Positions 1 to 8,716 of a DNA stretch of 64,000 bases are shown here, piece after piece. Positions within the stretch are counted from its first letter, which is position 1. Every line of letters starts with the position of its first letter. A program made the translations under genes and the position numbers. Below the pieces are notes generated by a model. That model was not told the origin of the DNA. It was given only the letters and a program-made list of their open reading frames with translations, and made no database searches. This DNA is from Clostridia bacterium (GTDB lineage: Bacteria > Bacillota > Clostridia > Oscillospirales > CAG-272), in contig JAFYBN010000010.1 of the NCBI GenBank assembly GCA_017540175.1, positions 16,783 to 80,782 on the forward strand, read 5' to 3'.

Positions 1-42
1 GCCGACGAGATCGGCTCAGTCATCCGGTACGCACAGGCGTGA
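1..42 (+). CDS. 3' end of an unidentified CDS entering from upstream (...ADEIGSVIRYAQA*)
   Basis: Frame 1 is open from base 1 to TGA at 40-42. Too short to identify. Confidence 0.3.
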   Translation, partial: ADEIGSVIRYAQA

Positions 43-121
43 CGCGCCCACTGACGGAAAACGAAATCGGCGGCAATTCGGAATTTCGAAATTCAATTCA
101 AAAAAATAAAGGAGAATCCTC

Positions 122-1180
122 ATGAAAAAGAAACTCGCGCTGATCGGATGCGGCGGCATCGGCTCCTACCATCTCGGGCATTTTCTCGGCTTCACGGACA
201 TCATCGAGCTTGTGGGCTTCTGCGATCTCATTCCGGAACGGGCTGAGGCCTTCGCCAAAAAGGCGGGATGCGGCAAGGTGTTCACCAATTATCTCGACAT
301 GTACGACGAGGTAAAGCCCGACATCGTCTTCATCTGCATCCCGCCGTACTGTCACGGGGAGATCGAATTTGAGACCATCCGCCGGGGCATCCCGTTCTTT
401 GTCGAAAAGCCCCTCGCGCTCGATCTCGACCTCGCGCGGCGCATTCGGGACGCGGCTGAGGCGAAGAACCTCGTCACGGCGTCCGGGTTCCAGTGCCGTT
501 ACTCGAACCTTGTTGCGCCGAACATGGAATTCTGCAAAAACAACGAGATCGTCTTCATCGACTGCACCCGAATCGGCGGCGTGCCCGGCACCGAGTGGTG
601 GAAGGACAAGAAGCTCTCCGGCGGGCAGATCGTGGAGCAGACGATCCATCAGTTCGACATCATCCGCTATGTGTTCGGCGAGCCGGAGGAGGTCACGACC
701 TACGGCACGCGCGGCTATGTGAAGGACATTCCCGGGTATGACACCGACGACTGCTCCGTCACCATCGTGAAATTCAAAAACGGCACGATCGGCACGATCT
801 CCACCGGCGACTACGCGACGAGCGGCGACAGCTTCGATTCGAAGATCATCTTCTCCACGCCGGACAAGCGCGCGGAGCTGAAGATCCTCGGCTCGTTCGA
901 GGTCTTCGGGGAAAAGCTCGCCGCGCCCGCGCCCGAGAAGGAAGGCTTCGTCATCAAGGGCGACGGCGCACTGAGTGACGCTGCCGGGGAAAGCGTTCTC
1001 TACGAAGAGGAGGGCGACGCCGGGATCCTCTGCGACCGGACCTTCATCGAAGCGGCGATCTCCGGCGACGGCTCGAAGGTGCGCTCCCCGTACCGCGACG
1101 CGTTCAAATCCCTCGCGTTCACGATGGCGTGTAACGAATCCATGGCGACCGGCAAGCCGGTGAAGGTGGAGCTCGAATAA
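122..1180 (+). CDS. Gfo/Idh/MocA family NAD(P)-dependent oxidoreductase
   Basis: N-terminal Rossmann motif MKKKLALIGCGGIGSYH and overall family look. AAGGAG RBS 8 nt upstream of the ATG. Confidence 0.85.
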   Translation: MKKKLALIGCGGIGSYHLGHFLGFTDIIELVGFCDLIPERAEAFAKKAGCGKVFTNYLDMYDEVKPDIVFICIPPYCHGEIEFETIRRGIPFFVEKPLALDLDLARRIRDAAEAKNLVTASGFQCRYSNLVAPNMEFCKNNEIVFIDCTRIGGVPGTEWWKDKKLSGGQIVEQTIHQFDIIRYVFGEPEEVTTYGTRGYVKDIPGYDTDDCSVTIVKFKNGTIGTISTGDYATSGDSFDSKIIFSTPDKRAELKILGSFEVFGEKLAAPAPEKEGFVIKGDGALSDAAGESVLYEEEGDAGILCDRTFIEAAISGDGSKVRSPYRDAFKSLAFTMACNESMATGKPVKVELE

Positions 1181-1265
1181 AGCCCCTCCGCCGCCGTCGT
1201 TCCGTCAGGGACCGCGCGGGACGGCGACAGTCATGACCGGCCGGTATACCGGTATCCCGCAGACA

Positions 1266-1303
1266 GGGACAGCTTTCCCCACTCGGGGCGGCTGTCCCTT
1301 TTC
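1266..1303 (+). terminator. Intrinsic terminator after the oxidoreductase gene
   Basis: GGGACAGC...GCTGTCCC stem with an inner CCCC/GGGG pairing, followed by TTTTCG. Confidence 0.6.
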
Positions 1304-1340
1304 GCGCCCTCCGCCGCCTGCAAATTTTCCCTCCGCACGG

Positions 1341-1369
1341 TAGACAGGGGCGAAAATCTGTGTTATAAT
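1341..1369 (+). promoter_or_regulatory. SigmaA-type promoter (TAGACA-N17-TGtTATAAT)
   Basis: -35 TAGACA at 1341-1346, 17-nt spacer, extended -10 TGTTATAAT ending at 1369. The ATG at 1368 lies inside the -10, which favours the 1401 start. Confidence 0.6.
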
Positions 1370-1400
1370 GATCCCGAAAGCGTCATTCGGAGGCGGGTTC

Positions 1401-2072
1401 ATGAAAAAATCGCTCTTTGCCGAGGCGGTCGGCAAATTCTTTCTCGGGCTGATCATCGTCGGCGCGCTTGTTTTTCTCCCTGCATGGACTCTGGCGTTCT
1501 GGCAGGGCTGGCTGTTCATGGGGGTTTTGTTCGTCCCCATGTTCGCGGCGGGGCTCGTCATGCTTTCAAAAAGCCCCGCTCTTCTCCGGAGCCGGCTGGA
1601 CGCGAAGGAAAAAGAGAGCGAGCAGAGAACGGTTCTGCTACTCAGCGGGCTGATGTTCACAGCCGCCTTCGTCCTCGCCGGGCTGAATCACCGCTTTGGT
1701 TGGATCGTGCTGCCCGCGTGGGTCCCGATCGGTGCGGCGGTATTGTTCCTCATCGGCTACGCGCTGTATGCCGAGGTCCTGAGGGAAAACGTCTGGCTGT
1801 CGCGCACGATCGGGGTGCAGGAGGGGCAGAAGGTCGTCGACACCGGTCTCTACGGCGCGGTGCGCCACCCCATGTACATGTGCACCCTGCTTTTGTTCCT
1901 CGCCATGCCCCTTGTGCTCGGCTCCCTGCCGTCGTTCGCCGTGATGCTCGCGTACATCCCGATCATCGTGATGCGCATCCGGAACGAGGAAAAGGTTCTG
2001 ACCGAGGAACTCGAGGGCTACGCGGAATACAAGACCCGCGTCCGGTACAGGCTCATTCCGTTTATCTGGTAA
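1401..2072 (+). CDS. Membrane methyltransferase, isoprenylcysteine carboxyl / phospholipid methyltransferase (ICMT/PEMT) family
   Basis: Multi-TM protein with the C-terminal signature region GLYGAVRHPMY...NEEKVL..E. GGAGG RBS before the ATG at 1401. Confidence 0.7.
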   Translation: MKKSLFAEAVGKFFLGLIIVGALVFLPAWTLAFWQGWLFMGVLFVPMFAAGLVMLSKSPALLRSRLDAKEKESEQRTVLLLSGLMFTAAFVLAGLNHRFGWIVLPAWVPIGAAVLFLIGYALYAEVLRENVWLSRTIGVQEGQKVVDTGLYGAVRHPMYMCTLLLFLAMPLVLGSLPSFAVMLAYIPIIVMRIRNEEKVLTEELEGYAEYKTRVRYRLIPFIW

Positions 2073-2159
2073 AAGATCAACCGCGCCGCGACTTCTCCCC
2101 GCCGCGGGAGGACGTCGGAAAACCGGCATACGGCGGCAAAAAACAAAGGAGGCAGCATC

Positions 2160-4433
2160 ATGGCTGAAAAAATCGCGTCCATGGCAGGGGCGGACGAAAG
2201 AACGCCCTCGGTGCCGCAGTATTTTTCCTGGATCAACAACACCAACGAGGGATCGACGGAGGCGCAGACGCTTCTGAACCTCGACTTCTTCGCTTTTCTT
2301 CGCCGGGAGTACGGCATGCGGATCAAAATCTACGCGTGGGACGCGGGGAATTTCGACGGCGCGTCGGGTGGCTACGGCGACCCGAACGGGGAGAAATTCA
2401 AAAGACAGTACCCCCGCGGGTACGCCCCCATCGCCGCCCGCGCGGCTGAGATCGGCGTCCGCATGGGACTGTGGGGCTCGCCGGACGGCTTCGGCGATAC
2501 CCCGGAGAGCGAAAAGGCGCGGTACGATTTCATGGTGGGGCTGTGCCGCGACTACGGCTTCGCGCTGTTCAAGCTCGACGGGGTCTGCGGCACCCTGCGC
2601 GAGGAAAAGGCGGGCGTGTTCGCGAACATGCTCCGCGACTGCCGCCGGTACTCCCCCGATCTCATCGTTCTGAATCACCGTCTGAACCTGTACGAGGCGG
2701 AGCCCTACGTCACGACCTTCCTCTGGCAAGGCGCGGAGACCTACATCGACGTGCACTCCGCCAACTCGAAAACCGGGATGCACCACCGGTGCTACCTCTT
2801 CGGGCGGGGACTGCCCGACGGGCTCGAGCGCCTCGCGGAGGACCACGGCGTATGCCTCTCCTCCTCCATCGACTATTTCGAGGACGATCTCGTCTATCAG
2901 GCGTTCGGGCGCTCTATGATCCTCGCGCCGGAAATCTACGGCAATCCGTGGTTTCTGCGCGACGACGAATACCCGACGCTCGCCCGCGTGTTCAATCTCC
3001 ACGCCCGCGCCGCTTCCCTGCTCGTGGACGGGCTCGTACTGCCCGAGCGGTACGGTCCCTCGGCGGTTTCCCGCGGCACGGGGAAGCACCGCTTCGTCGT
3101 GACCGGAAACGATACGTGGAGAAGAAAAACGCTCCGTCTCAGCCCGCGGGAATGCGGGATCGACGGAGATGGCGACGCGCTCGTCATTCAGCGCTTCCCG
3201 ACCGAAAAGCTGCTCGGGCAGATCCCCGCGAACGGGGAGATCGAGCTGACCCTCGAGCCCTTCCGCGCGCACCTCTTCGAGCTTGCCGCGCCGGGCGAGG
3301 AATTCCCGATCCTCCCGGGCCGCGAATACCGCACGGTGCGGGAGGACGAGACCGGCGCGCCGATCGAAGCGGAGGACGTTCTGACCCCGCCCGCGCCCGT
3401 GTTCCTCGGCTCGCTGACGCCGCTTGAGCCGGCCGCCCTGCCCGGGAACGCGGACGAGCTTTACGAGGCGGCGCAGTTTGCGATCGACAACGACTCTCTC
3501 GAGGCGCGGACCATCCGCCGCTCGGGTCCGAGCGCAATCCCCGAGGTGGTCGCCTGCCGGGACGCCTTCTTCGCGCAGACGACCTACAAGGCACGCGGAA
3601 CCGAAGGCGCGTTCGCGTTCGACGGCAGGGAGGACACCTTCTTCGACGGCATGTCCCGCGTGTACGCGGGCGGACTCAGGATCTTCGGCGGCTGTCTGAG
3701 AGTGGATTTCGGAAAGGTTTACGACTGCGACGCCGTGGAGATCGACTGCTTTGCCGCCTCCGCGCCGACGCCGGAGGTTCCCGCCGCTCTCCTGCCCCCG
3801 CGCGGGGAGTATTCCCCCGGATACGGCGCGTGGCAGACGTCCGGCGAGGCACAGGTCACGGTCAAAAAAGAGGAGTTTGTCACCGAGGCGGTGAAATTCT
3901 CGGTGCACTCCGTGGAAAAGGTCGGAGGAAAGCTCCTGACCGTGCGCTATCCGGTCTCGTCCCTGCGCCGCTTCCGTCTCATGGAGCCGATGGACCGCAT
4001 TTACGCGATCCGGCTCATGAAGGACGGCAGGGAGCTTGACCTCGAGAATCCGACCGTGCGCAATCTCGGACCGCACCCGTCGAAACAGAAGATCGCCGCC
4101 GCGCACAGGGCGGAGATCACCCTGCCGGAGAAGACGGAGGGGATGATCCTCGCCGTCGCGGCGGAGGGGGTACACGGATGGGAAAGCGCGTACCTCGTCG
4201 CGGAGGATGCCGATGTCGCAACGGAAACCGGCGTGAGAGGCTTCCCCAACCGCGCGCCCGCCTACCAGTCGAACGTCTGGGAGCATCTCGTGACGCGGCG
4301 GGACAGGAACCACACCTATTTCCTCCCCCTCAAAAAGGAGGACGCGGGAAAGCGCCTGACCGTCACAGCCCTGCTGTGCGATCCCGCGCATACCGACGTG
4401 CGCTGCGACGCGTGGCTGATCCCCGCCAAATGA
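2160..4433 (+). CDS. Large cytoplasmic protein of unknown function, possibly a TIM-barrel glycoside hydrolase (function tentative)
   Basis: 757-aa ORF with an AAAGGAGG RBS. The N-terminal part (YFSWINNTNEG...KIYAWDAGNFDG...FKLDGV) resembles alpha-galactosidase-like barrels only loosely. Confidence 0.7.
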   Translation: MAEKIASMAGADERTPSVPQYFSWINNTNEGSTEAQTLLNLDFFAFLRREYGMRIKIYAWDAGNFDGASGGYGDPNGEKFKRQYPRGYAPIAARAAEIGVRMGLWGSPDGFGDTPESEKARYDFMVGLCRDYGFALFKLDGVCGTLREEKAGVFANMLRDCRRYSPDLIVLNHRLNLYEAEPYVTTFLWQGAETYIDVHSANSKTGMHHRCYLFGRGLPDGLERLAEDHGVCLSSSIDYFEDDLVYQAFGRSMILAPEIYGNPWFLRDDEYPTLARVFNLHARAASLLVDGLVLPERYGPSAVSRGTGKHRFVVTGNDTWRRKTLRLSPRECGIDGDGDALVIQRFPTEKLLGQIPANGEIELTLEPFRAHLFELAAPGEEFPILPGREYRTVREDETGAPIEAEDVLTPPAPVFLGSLTPLEPAALPGNADELYEAAQFAIDNDSLEARTIRRSGPSAIPEVVACRDAFFAQTTYKARGTEGAFAFDGREDTFFDGMSRVYAGGLRIFGGCLRVDFGKVYDCDAVEIDCFAASAPTPEVPAALLPPRGEYSPGYGAWQTSGEAQVTVKKEEFVTEAVKFSVHSVEKVGGKLLTVRYPVSSLRRFRLMEPMDRIYAIRLMKDGRELDLENPTVRNLGPHPSKQKIAAAHRAEITLPEKTEGMILAVAAEGVHGWESAYLVAEDADVATETGVRGFPNRAPAYQSNVWEHLVTRRDRNHTYFLPLKKEDAGKRLTVTALLCDPAHTDVRCDAWLIPAK

Positions 4434-4574
4434 TTTTGCCGCGCATATGGTACAAATAAGCAAAACGCCGTGTGTCTCCTCTCGGCGAAGGAGCGCACGG
4501 CGGACTGAGGTCCGCCCCCTCGGGAAACGGAACACCTCATTTTGAATGCCCCGGGAAACAAGGAGGAACCCCCG

Positions 4575-5252
4575 ATGGATCAAACCGAACGCATTGTTTT
4601 TGATGTCCCCGTCGACTTCACGGCGGCTGAGTTCGCGGCGCTCTGCCGGATCAGTCCGGATTCTCCCGCTTTCGAACTGGTGGAGGAATGCATCGACGAC
4701 ATCCGGGAACACGCCCGCCCGAAAGCCGTCGTGCGCTGGGCGGACGTGAACCGTGTGGAGGGTTCGCTCGTCACGGTCAACGGCGTCGTGTTCGACAGCC
4801 TCGTCGTCGCGGACAAGCTGAAGGATCTGCGCCGGGTGTTCCTCTCCGTCTTCACCGCAGGACACGGGCTCGAGGAAAGCGGGCTCTTCGACGGAGATCC
4901 CTTTCTCGATACGTTCAACGGCGGTCTGCTCGCCCACGCCACCGGCTGGACGATCCGCGAGATGCGGGAGCGGTACGGCTTCGACGGCGGCTCCATGCTC
5001 AATCCCGGTTCCCTGCCCGACTGGCCGATCCGGAACAATTTCGCGCTGTTCGACATGATCGGGAACGTTGAGGAGATCGGCGTGACGCTGCGGGAGGACG
5101 GGTACATGAAGCCGTGGAACACGACCTCGCATATCCATTTTCCCGGGCACGGGTATCAGAACTGCTCGCTGTGCAGGCGGTACGACTGCGTGGGGCGGCG
5201 CGCGAAATTCGACCGCGCGGAATACATCCGCATTTTCGCGGTCGAGCCGTGA
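4575..5252 (+). CDS. Methionine synthase (B12-dependent) activation-domain-like protein
   Basis: NPGSLPDWPIRNNFALFDMIGNVEEIGVTLREDGYMKPWNTTSHIHF resembles the Met_synt_B12 activation domain. AGGAGG RBS before the ATG at 4575. Confidence 0.6.
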   Translation: MDQTERIVFDVPVDFTAAEFAALCRISPDSPAFELVEECIDDIREHARPKAVVRWADVNRVEGSLVTVNGVVFDSLVVADKLKDLRRVFLSVFTAGHGLEESGLFDGDPFLDTFNGGLLAHATGWTIREMRERYGFDGGSMLNPGSLPDWPIRNNFALFDMIGNVEEIGVTLREDGYMKPWNTTSHIHFPGHGYQNCSLCRRYDCVGRRAKFDRAEYIRIFAVEP

Positions 5253-5263
5253 GGAGAAGGGGG

Positions 5264-5394
5264 AACGCGGCTTTTTCGAGAAAAAGCCCGGCAAAAAGCT
5301 TTTATACGACCAGTGCAGTGAACCGCTCAAAGTGCGCCTTGGGGTAATGTGCGGTGTACCGACGAGACATTTTTGCGTTTTGCGTGATGACATT
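5264..5394 (+). repeat. Copy A of a ~130-nt conserved structured element (second copy at 52223-52350)
   Basis: Shares AACGCGGC, the hairpin, GGCAA.AA.CTTT.ATACGAC, ACCGCTCAAAGTGC, GGGGTAATGTG and CGTGATGACATT with copy B. Hairpin GGCTTTTTC/GAAAAAGCC at 5269-5288. Confidence 0.5.
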
Positions 5395-5440
5395 GTCGGC
5401 TCAGCGTGGGAAGCGTTGAGACGGCGGAAATCGAAGATAT

Positions 5441-5480
5441 CAAAAAAGGATGGATTTTTGTGTCCATCCTTTTCGTTTTG
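5441..5480. terminator. Bidirectional intrinsic terminator between convergent genes (hsp20 and the 4575-5252 gene/element A)
   Basis: AAAAGGATGGA-loop-TCCATCCTTTT with an A-tract upstream and TTTTCGTTTT downstream. Confidence 0.7.
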
Positions 5481-5523
5481 GTTTATGCTTTGGCGGAGCC
5501 TTACGGTTTATTCCGGATCGGGC

Positions 5524-5985
5524 TCATTCGATTGCGATCGTCTTCTTTTCGGGGAGCTGCGGCGCTTCCTTCTTCGGAACCTCGAGGGTGAGAAGCCCGT
5601 GCTCCATCTTCGCGTGAATGTCTTCCTCGGTGACGTCTTCGCCGACCCAGAAGCTGCGCTGCATGGAGCCTGAGTAACGCTCCTGACGGATCACGCGACC
5701 CTTCTTGTCACTTTCGTCCTTATCGAGGCCCTTCGCCGCGGAGACGGTCAGATAACCGTTCTCGAGGGTGAGGGTGACGTCTTCCTTCTTGAAGCCCGGC
5801 AGATCGATCGCGATCTCATAGTGATCGTCGTGCTCGCTGACGTCGGTCTTCATGACGTGCGCGGCGTTCTTGCCGTAGAGGGTTTTCTCGATTTTCCCGA
5901 GATCGCGCTCGGTCGGGAATCCGAACCAATCGTCAAAAAGATTTTCTCCGAAGAAGCCGTTGTTTCTGAAAATGCTCGGTAACAT
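5524..5985 (-). CDS. Hsp20/alpha-crystallin family small heat-shock protein
   Basis: Alpha-crystallin domain (MKTDVSEHDDHYEIAIDLPGFKKEDVTLTLENGYLTVSA...GLLTLEVPK). AGGAGG RBS. Confidence 0.95.
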   Translation of the reverse strand: MLPSIFRNNGFFGENLFDDWFGFPTERDLGKIEKTLYGKNAAHVMKTDVSEHDDHYEIAIDLPGFKKEDVTLTLENGYLTVSAAKGLDKDESDKKGRVIRQERYSGSMQRSFWVGEDVTEEDIHAKMEHGLLTLEVPKKEAPQLPEKKTIAIE

Positions 5986-6142
5986 AGGTCAGACCTCCTG
6001 TCTTATCGCCCGTCCGCTTTGGTTTTTCCGGCTGCCCGGAAGGCGGGGGGTATAAGCAAGGGAAGGAGGGCTTGAGGCTCATGGGCTCACGCAATCGATG
6101 CGGGAACCCGGCGGCCTTTCTCTGTTCCTTTGTTCGTGACCT

Positions 6143-6171
6143 ATTATAGCACTATTTGTTAGCACTGTCAA
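6143..6171 (-). promoter_or_regulatory. Consensus sigmaA promoter TTGACA-N17-TATAAT for hsp20
   Basis: On the minus strand, TTGACA (6171-6166), exactly 17 nt, then TATAAT (6148-6143). The -35 lies inside the CIRCE spacer. Confidence 0.75.
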
Positions 6172-6185
6172 TAGGAGAGTGCTAA
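6159..6185. promoter_or_regulatory. CIRCE operator (HrcA binding site)
   Basis: TTAGCACTG-TCAATAGGA-GAGTGCTAA compared with the consensus TTAGCACTC-N9-GAGTGCTAA (one mismatch). Confidence 0.85.
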
Positions 6186-6231
6186 AAACTGCGTGAAAAC
6201 TGGGTGAAAAAATCGTCACATTTGAATCCGG

Positions 6232-7524
6232 TCAGCGCGGCGCGTCCCCGATTTCCGCGGCGACGTCGTCCGCGGCGATCTTCTCGTCGTAGCCCTCGCG
6301 GATCAGCTCGGCGCTGAGGTCCATCCGGGTGACGACCTGCTCCGGGGTGAAATGCCAGTCGCCGAGCAGAAGGATCTTATGCACGTCGCGCTTGTAGTCC
6401 GCGTAGGTCTGCCCGGGCACGAAGTAGCGGCGGTACGCGGCGAACAGTCCGCAGTCCGGCGCGATATCGACGTTGTGCTGCCAGAGATAGCGGTTTTCGT
6501 CGCGCCAGAGCTCTTCGGCAAGCCTTATGATCTGATCGTGCAGTTCGAGATTCGTTTTGAACTTCTCCGGGATGGCGTCGTACCCCAGTTTCGCGCCGAG
6601 GATGCTGCCGCAGATGGCGCCCGTGGAATCGCTGTCTCCCCCGTGGTTGACCGCGGCGCGGACGGCGGCTTCGAAATCGTTCTGATGCCGCAGGGCGCAG
6701 AAAACGGCGACGGCGAGCGCTTCGTCCCCGACCCAGCCTTCGCCGAGGATGCGGATGCCTTCAAGGTCCTCCGTTCCCGGGTCCGAAACGAGGGAGATCG
6801 CCTTTTCCATCCGGTTCAGGAGGTGGGGCAGGTGGAAGATCGACGGGTAGAGGCGGGCGACGGCGGCAAGCGAATCCCGGACCGCCTCGAACAGGGGGGC
6901 GTCGTCCTCGACCAGACGGCGGATGATGTGGCAGAGCACGGCGGCGGGCATGAACCCGAGCGAATGACCGTGCGTGACGGCGGCGGCCTCCGCCCCCAGA
7001 CGGTCGGATTCGTCGGCGGAAAAGGGCGAATCGCAGAAGTACAGCCCGATGGGGGCGACCCGCATCACGCCGCCGCAGCCCTTGCTGTGGTTGACGCGGC
7101 CCGAGACGGAGCCGTATCTGCCGGTGCGCCCGAAATATTCGAGGGCGCTGAGGCAGGTATTGCCCGGCGCGCGGCGCGAGTAAAGCTCCGGCAGGTTCGC
7201 CAGCTTCACGGACGGGCGCTTCGGGGGATATTCCCCGGTCTGGGTCCCGTACCAATCCTTATACGAAAGGGCGAGGAAATAGGGGTAACCCTCGAAAACG
7301 CCCGCGGAATACTCCGGCGTTCCGAGCAGAAGCCCGGCTGCGGTGAACAGGGTGAGCTGGGTATCGTCGGAGATCAGCCCCCTGCCGTTTTCATACTCCG
7401 TGATCCCCGCGGGACCGAACTTCTGAAAGATCGAATCTTCTTTCAGAAACTCCACGGCGTAGCCGAGAGCGTCCCCGGCGGCTCCTCCGATCATACAGCC
7501 TTTGAATTTGTCAAGAGATCTCAT
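6232..7524 (-). CDS. ADP-ribosylglycohydrolase family protein with a ~95-aa C-terminal extension
   Basis: N-terminus KGCMIGGAAGDALGYAVEF and GGDSDSTGAICGSILGA are typical of the family. AAGGAG RBS. Confidence 0.85.
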   Translation of the reverse strand: MRSLDKFKGCMIGGAAGDALGYAVEFLKEDSIFQKFGPAGITEYENGRGLISDDTQLTLFTAAGLLLGTPEYSAGVFEGYPYFLALSYKDWYGTQTGEYPPKRPSVKLANLPELYSRRAPGNTCLSALEYFGRTGRYGSVSGRVNHSKGCGGVMRVAPIGLYFCDSPFSADESDRLGAEAAAVTHGHSLGFMPAAVLCHIIRRLVEDDAPLFEAVRDSLAAVARLYPSIFHLPHLLNRMEKAISLVSDPGTEDLEGIRILGEGWVGDEALAVAVFCALRHQNDFEAAVRAAVNHGGDSDSTGAICGSILGAKLGYDAIPEKFKTNLELHDQIIRLAEELWRDENRYLWQHNVDIAPDCGLFAAYRRYFVPGQTYADYKRDVHKILLLGDWHFTPEQVVTRMDLSAELIREGYDEKIAADDVAAEIGDAPR

Positions 7525-7574
7525 GGCGCGCTCCTTTTTTGTGAACGTGATATGGGTACTCCGGCCTTTGATTC

Positions 7575-7603
7575 ATTATAGCATAACAAAACGGAAACGT
7601 CAA
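7575..7603 (-). promoter_or_regulatory. SigmaA-type promoter TTGACG-N17-TATAAT for the ADP-ribosylglycohydrolase gene
   Basis: Minus-strand TTGACG (7603-7598), 17 nt, TATAAT (7580-7575). Confidence 0.6.
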
Positions 7604-7681
7604 GTCTTACAGGAAAAACTTGGAATTTGAGGGTTTTTTCGTGAGAAAAAGACGTAAAATCCGCACTCAGGCGGTTTTGCC

Positions 7682-7710
7682 TTGACAAATTGTTCACGGA
7701 ATGCTATAAT
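7682..7710 (+). promoter_or_regulatory. Consensus sigmaA promoter TTGACA-N17-TATAAT for the pfkB-GH4 operon
   Basis: TTGACA 7682-7687, 17-nt spacer, TATAAT 7705-7710. Confidence 0.7.
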
Positions 7711-7748
7711 AAGCCGTGAATAACCGACCACAGAAAAGGAAACGCAAC

Positions 7749-8699
7749 ATGGAAAAGAAATGGGACGTATTCGTTTACGGCGACGTGAACATTGATCTCG
7801 TGGTCCCGGGGGTGGAAAGCCTGCCCCCGCCGGGGACCGAGGTGGAGACGCCGGTGATGGAGACCTTCGTGGGCGGCGGCGCGGCGCTCTTCGCGCTGGG
7901 GCTGGCAAAGCTCGGTCTGACCCCCGTCTTCCAGGGGAGTGTCGGACGCGACATGTACGGCGTCTACATCCGCGATCTGTTCCGCGAGCTCGGCGTGGAC
8001 GACTGCCTGCTCCGTGACAGCGAGGACAAAAAGACGGGCATCTCCATCAGCTTCACGAACGAAAAGGACCGCTGCTTTCTGACCTACCGCGGCACGAACG
8101 AGGGGCTGTCCCTGAGGCATATGGATCTCTCCGAACTGCCGGGGGCGCGGCACGTTCACGTCACGGGGTACGAGGGAAGGTCCAACCACGCGGAATACTT
8201 CGACATGCTTCAGAAAATCAAAGCGCTCGGCGACGTGACGGTCTCCTTCGACGTGGGCTGGGACACGAGCGGGGAATGGTACGAGGGGATCTTCGACCTG
8301 CTCCCCCTGATCGACGTGCTCTTTATGAACGAAACCGAATGCGCGCATTATACGCGGTGCGAAAACATCGAAGAGGGCGCGCGGCGGCTCGCACAAAAGG
8401 CGGGCATGGCGGTGATCAAGCTCGGAAAGAAGGGCGCGCTCGCCGTGAAAAACGGGGAGGCGGTTTCCCTGCCCACCTACAACGCGAAGGTCGTCGATAC
8501 TACGGGCGCGGGCGACTCGTTCAACGCGGGCTTTGTCTACGGCTTTTTGCGCGGTCTCTCTCTCACAGACTGTCTGAAATGCGGAAACGGATGCGGCTCG
8601 CTGTCCGTCACGAAGCTCGGCGGCAACACGGGCTTCCCCTTCCGCGCGGAGCTGGAAGAGTTCATCGCGACGGCGGACTACTTTATTCCCGAATCATAA
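7749..8699 (+). CDS. PfkB family carbohydrate kinase
   Basis: Ribokinase-like signatures (VDTTGAGDSFNAGFVYG, GGGAALFA). Start chosen at the ATG at 7749, which has an upstream AAAGGA. Confidence 0.85.
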   Translation: MEKKWDVFVYGDVNIDLVVPGVESLPPPGTEVETPVMETFVGGGAALFALGLAKLGLTPVFQGSVGRDMYGVYIRDLFRELGVDDCLLRDSEDKKTGISISFTNEKDRCFLTYRGTNEGLSLRHMDLSELPGARHVHVTGYEGRSNHAEYFDMLQKIKALGDVTVSFDVGWDTSGEWYEGIFDLLPLIDVLFMNETECAHYTRCENIEEGARRLAQKAGMAVIKLGKKGALAVKNGEAVSLPTYNAKVVDTTGAGDSFNAGFVYGFLRGLSLTDCLKCGNGCGSLSVTKLGGNTGFPFRAELEEFIATADYFIPES

Positions 8700-8716
8700 C
8701 CATACGGAGGACTGCC

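Noticed and set aside
1241-1252. A perfect 12-bp palindrome CCGGTATACCGG, followed by a GGTATCCC half-repeat, downstream of the first oxidoreductase gene.
   Set aside because: It is isolated, lies upstream of the terminator, and has no associated gene that would need an operator. Insufficient evidence for function.
4434-4574. A possible riboswitch or leader upstream of the MetH-activation-domain-like gene. It has imperfect GC hairpins, for example GCCGTGTGTCTCCT...AGGAGCGCACGGC.
   Set aside because: About 140 nt is too short for a cobalamin riboswitch. I see no SAM or B12 box consensus and no terminator/antiterminator alternative.
1638-5393. Very long ORFs antisense to or overlapping the called genes. 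Examples: 1638-5393(-), 12991-15018(+), 19613-21073(+), 26780-28237(+), 32803-35337(+), 39393-41552(+), 41793-43856(+), 49472-50485(-), and the upstream two thirds of 61414-63948(-).
   Set aside because: Their translations are Arg/Ala/Gly/Pro-rich with no motifs, as expected for stop-poor alternative frames in high-GC DNA. Each lies opposite a gene with clear family signatures and an RBS.
5264-5393. A small protein encoded on the minus strand of the repeated element. The two copies translate to MSSRKTQKCLVGTPHITPRRTLSG... and MSSRRNRKRLFASLHITPNCTLSG...
   Set aside because: The similarity follows from nucleotide identity. Two separate indels (2 nt and 1 nt) shift the frame between the copies. 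Neither reading frame has a nearby stop or an RBS. Substitutions are not concentrated at synonymous positions.
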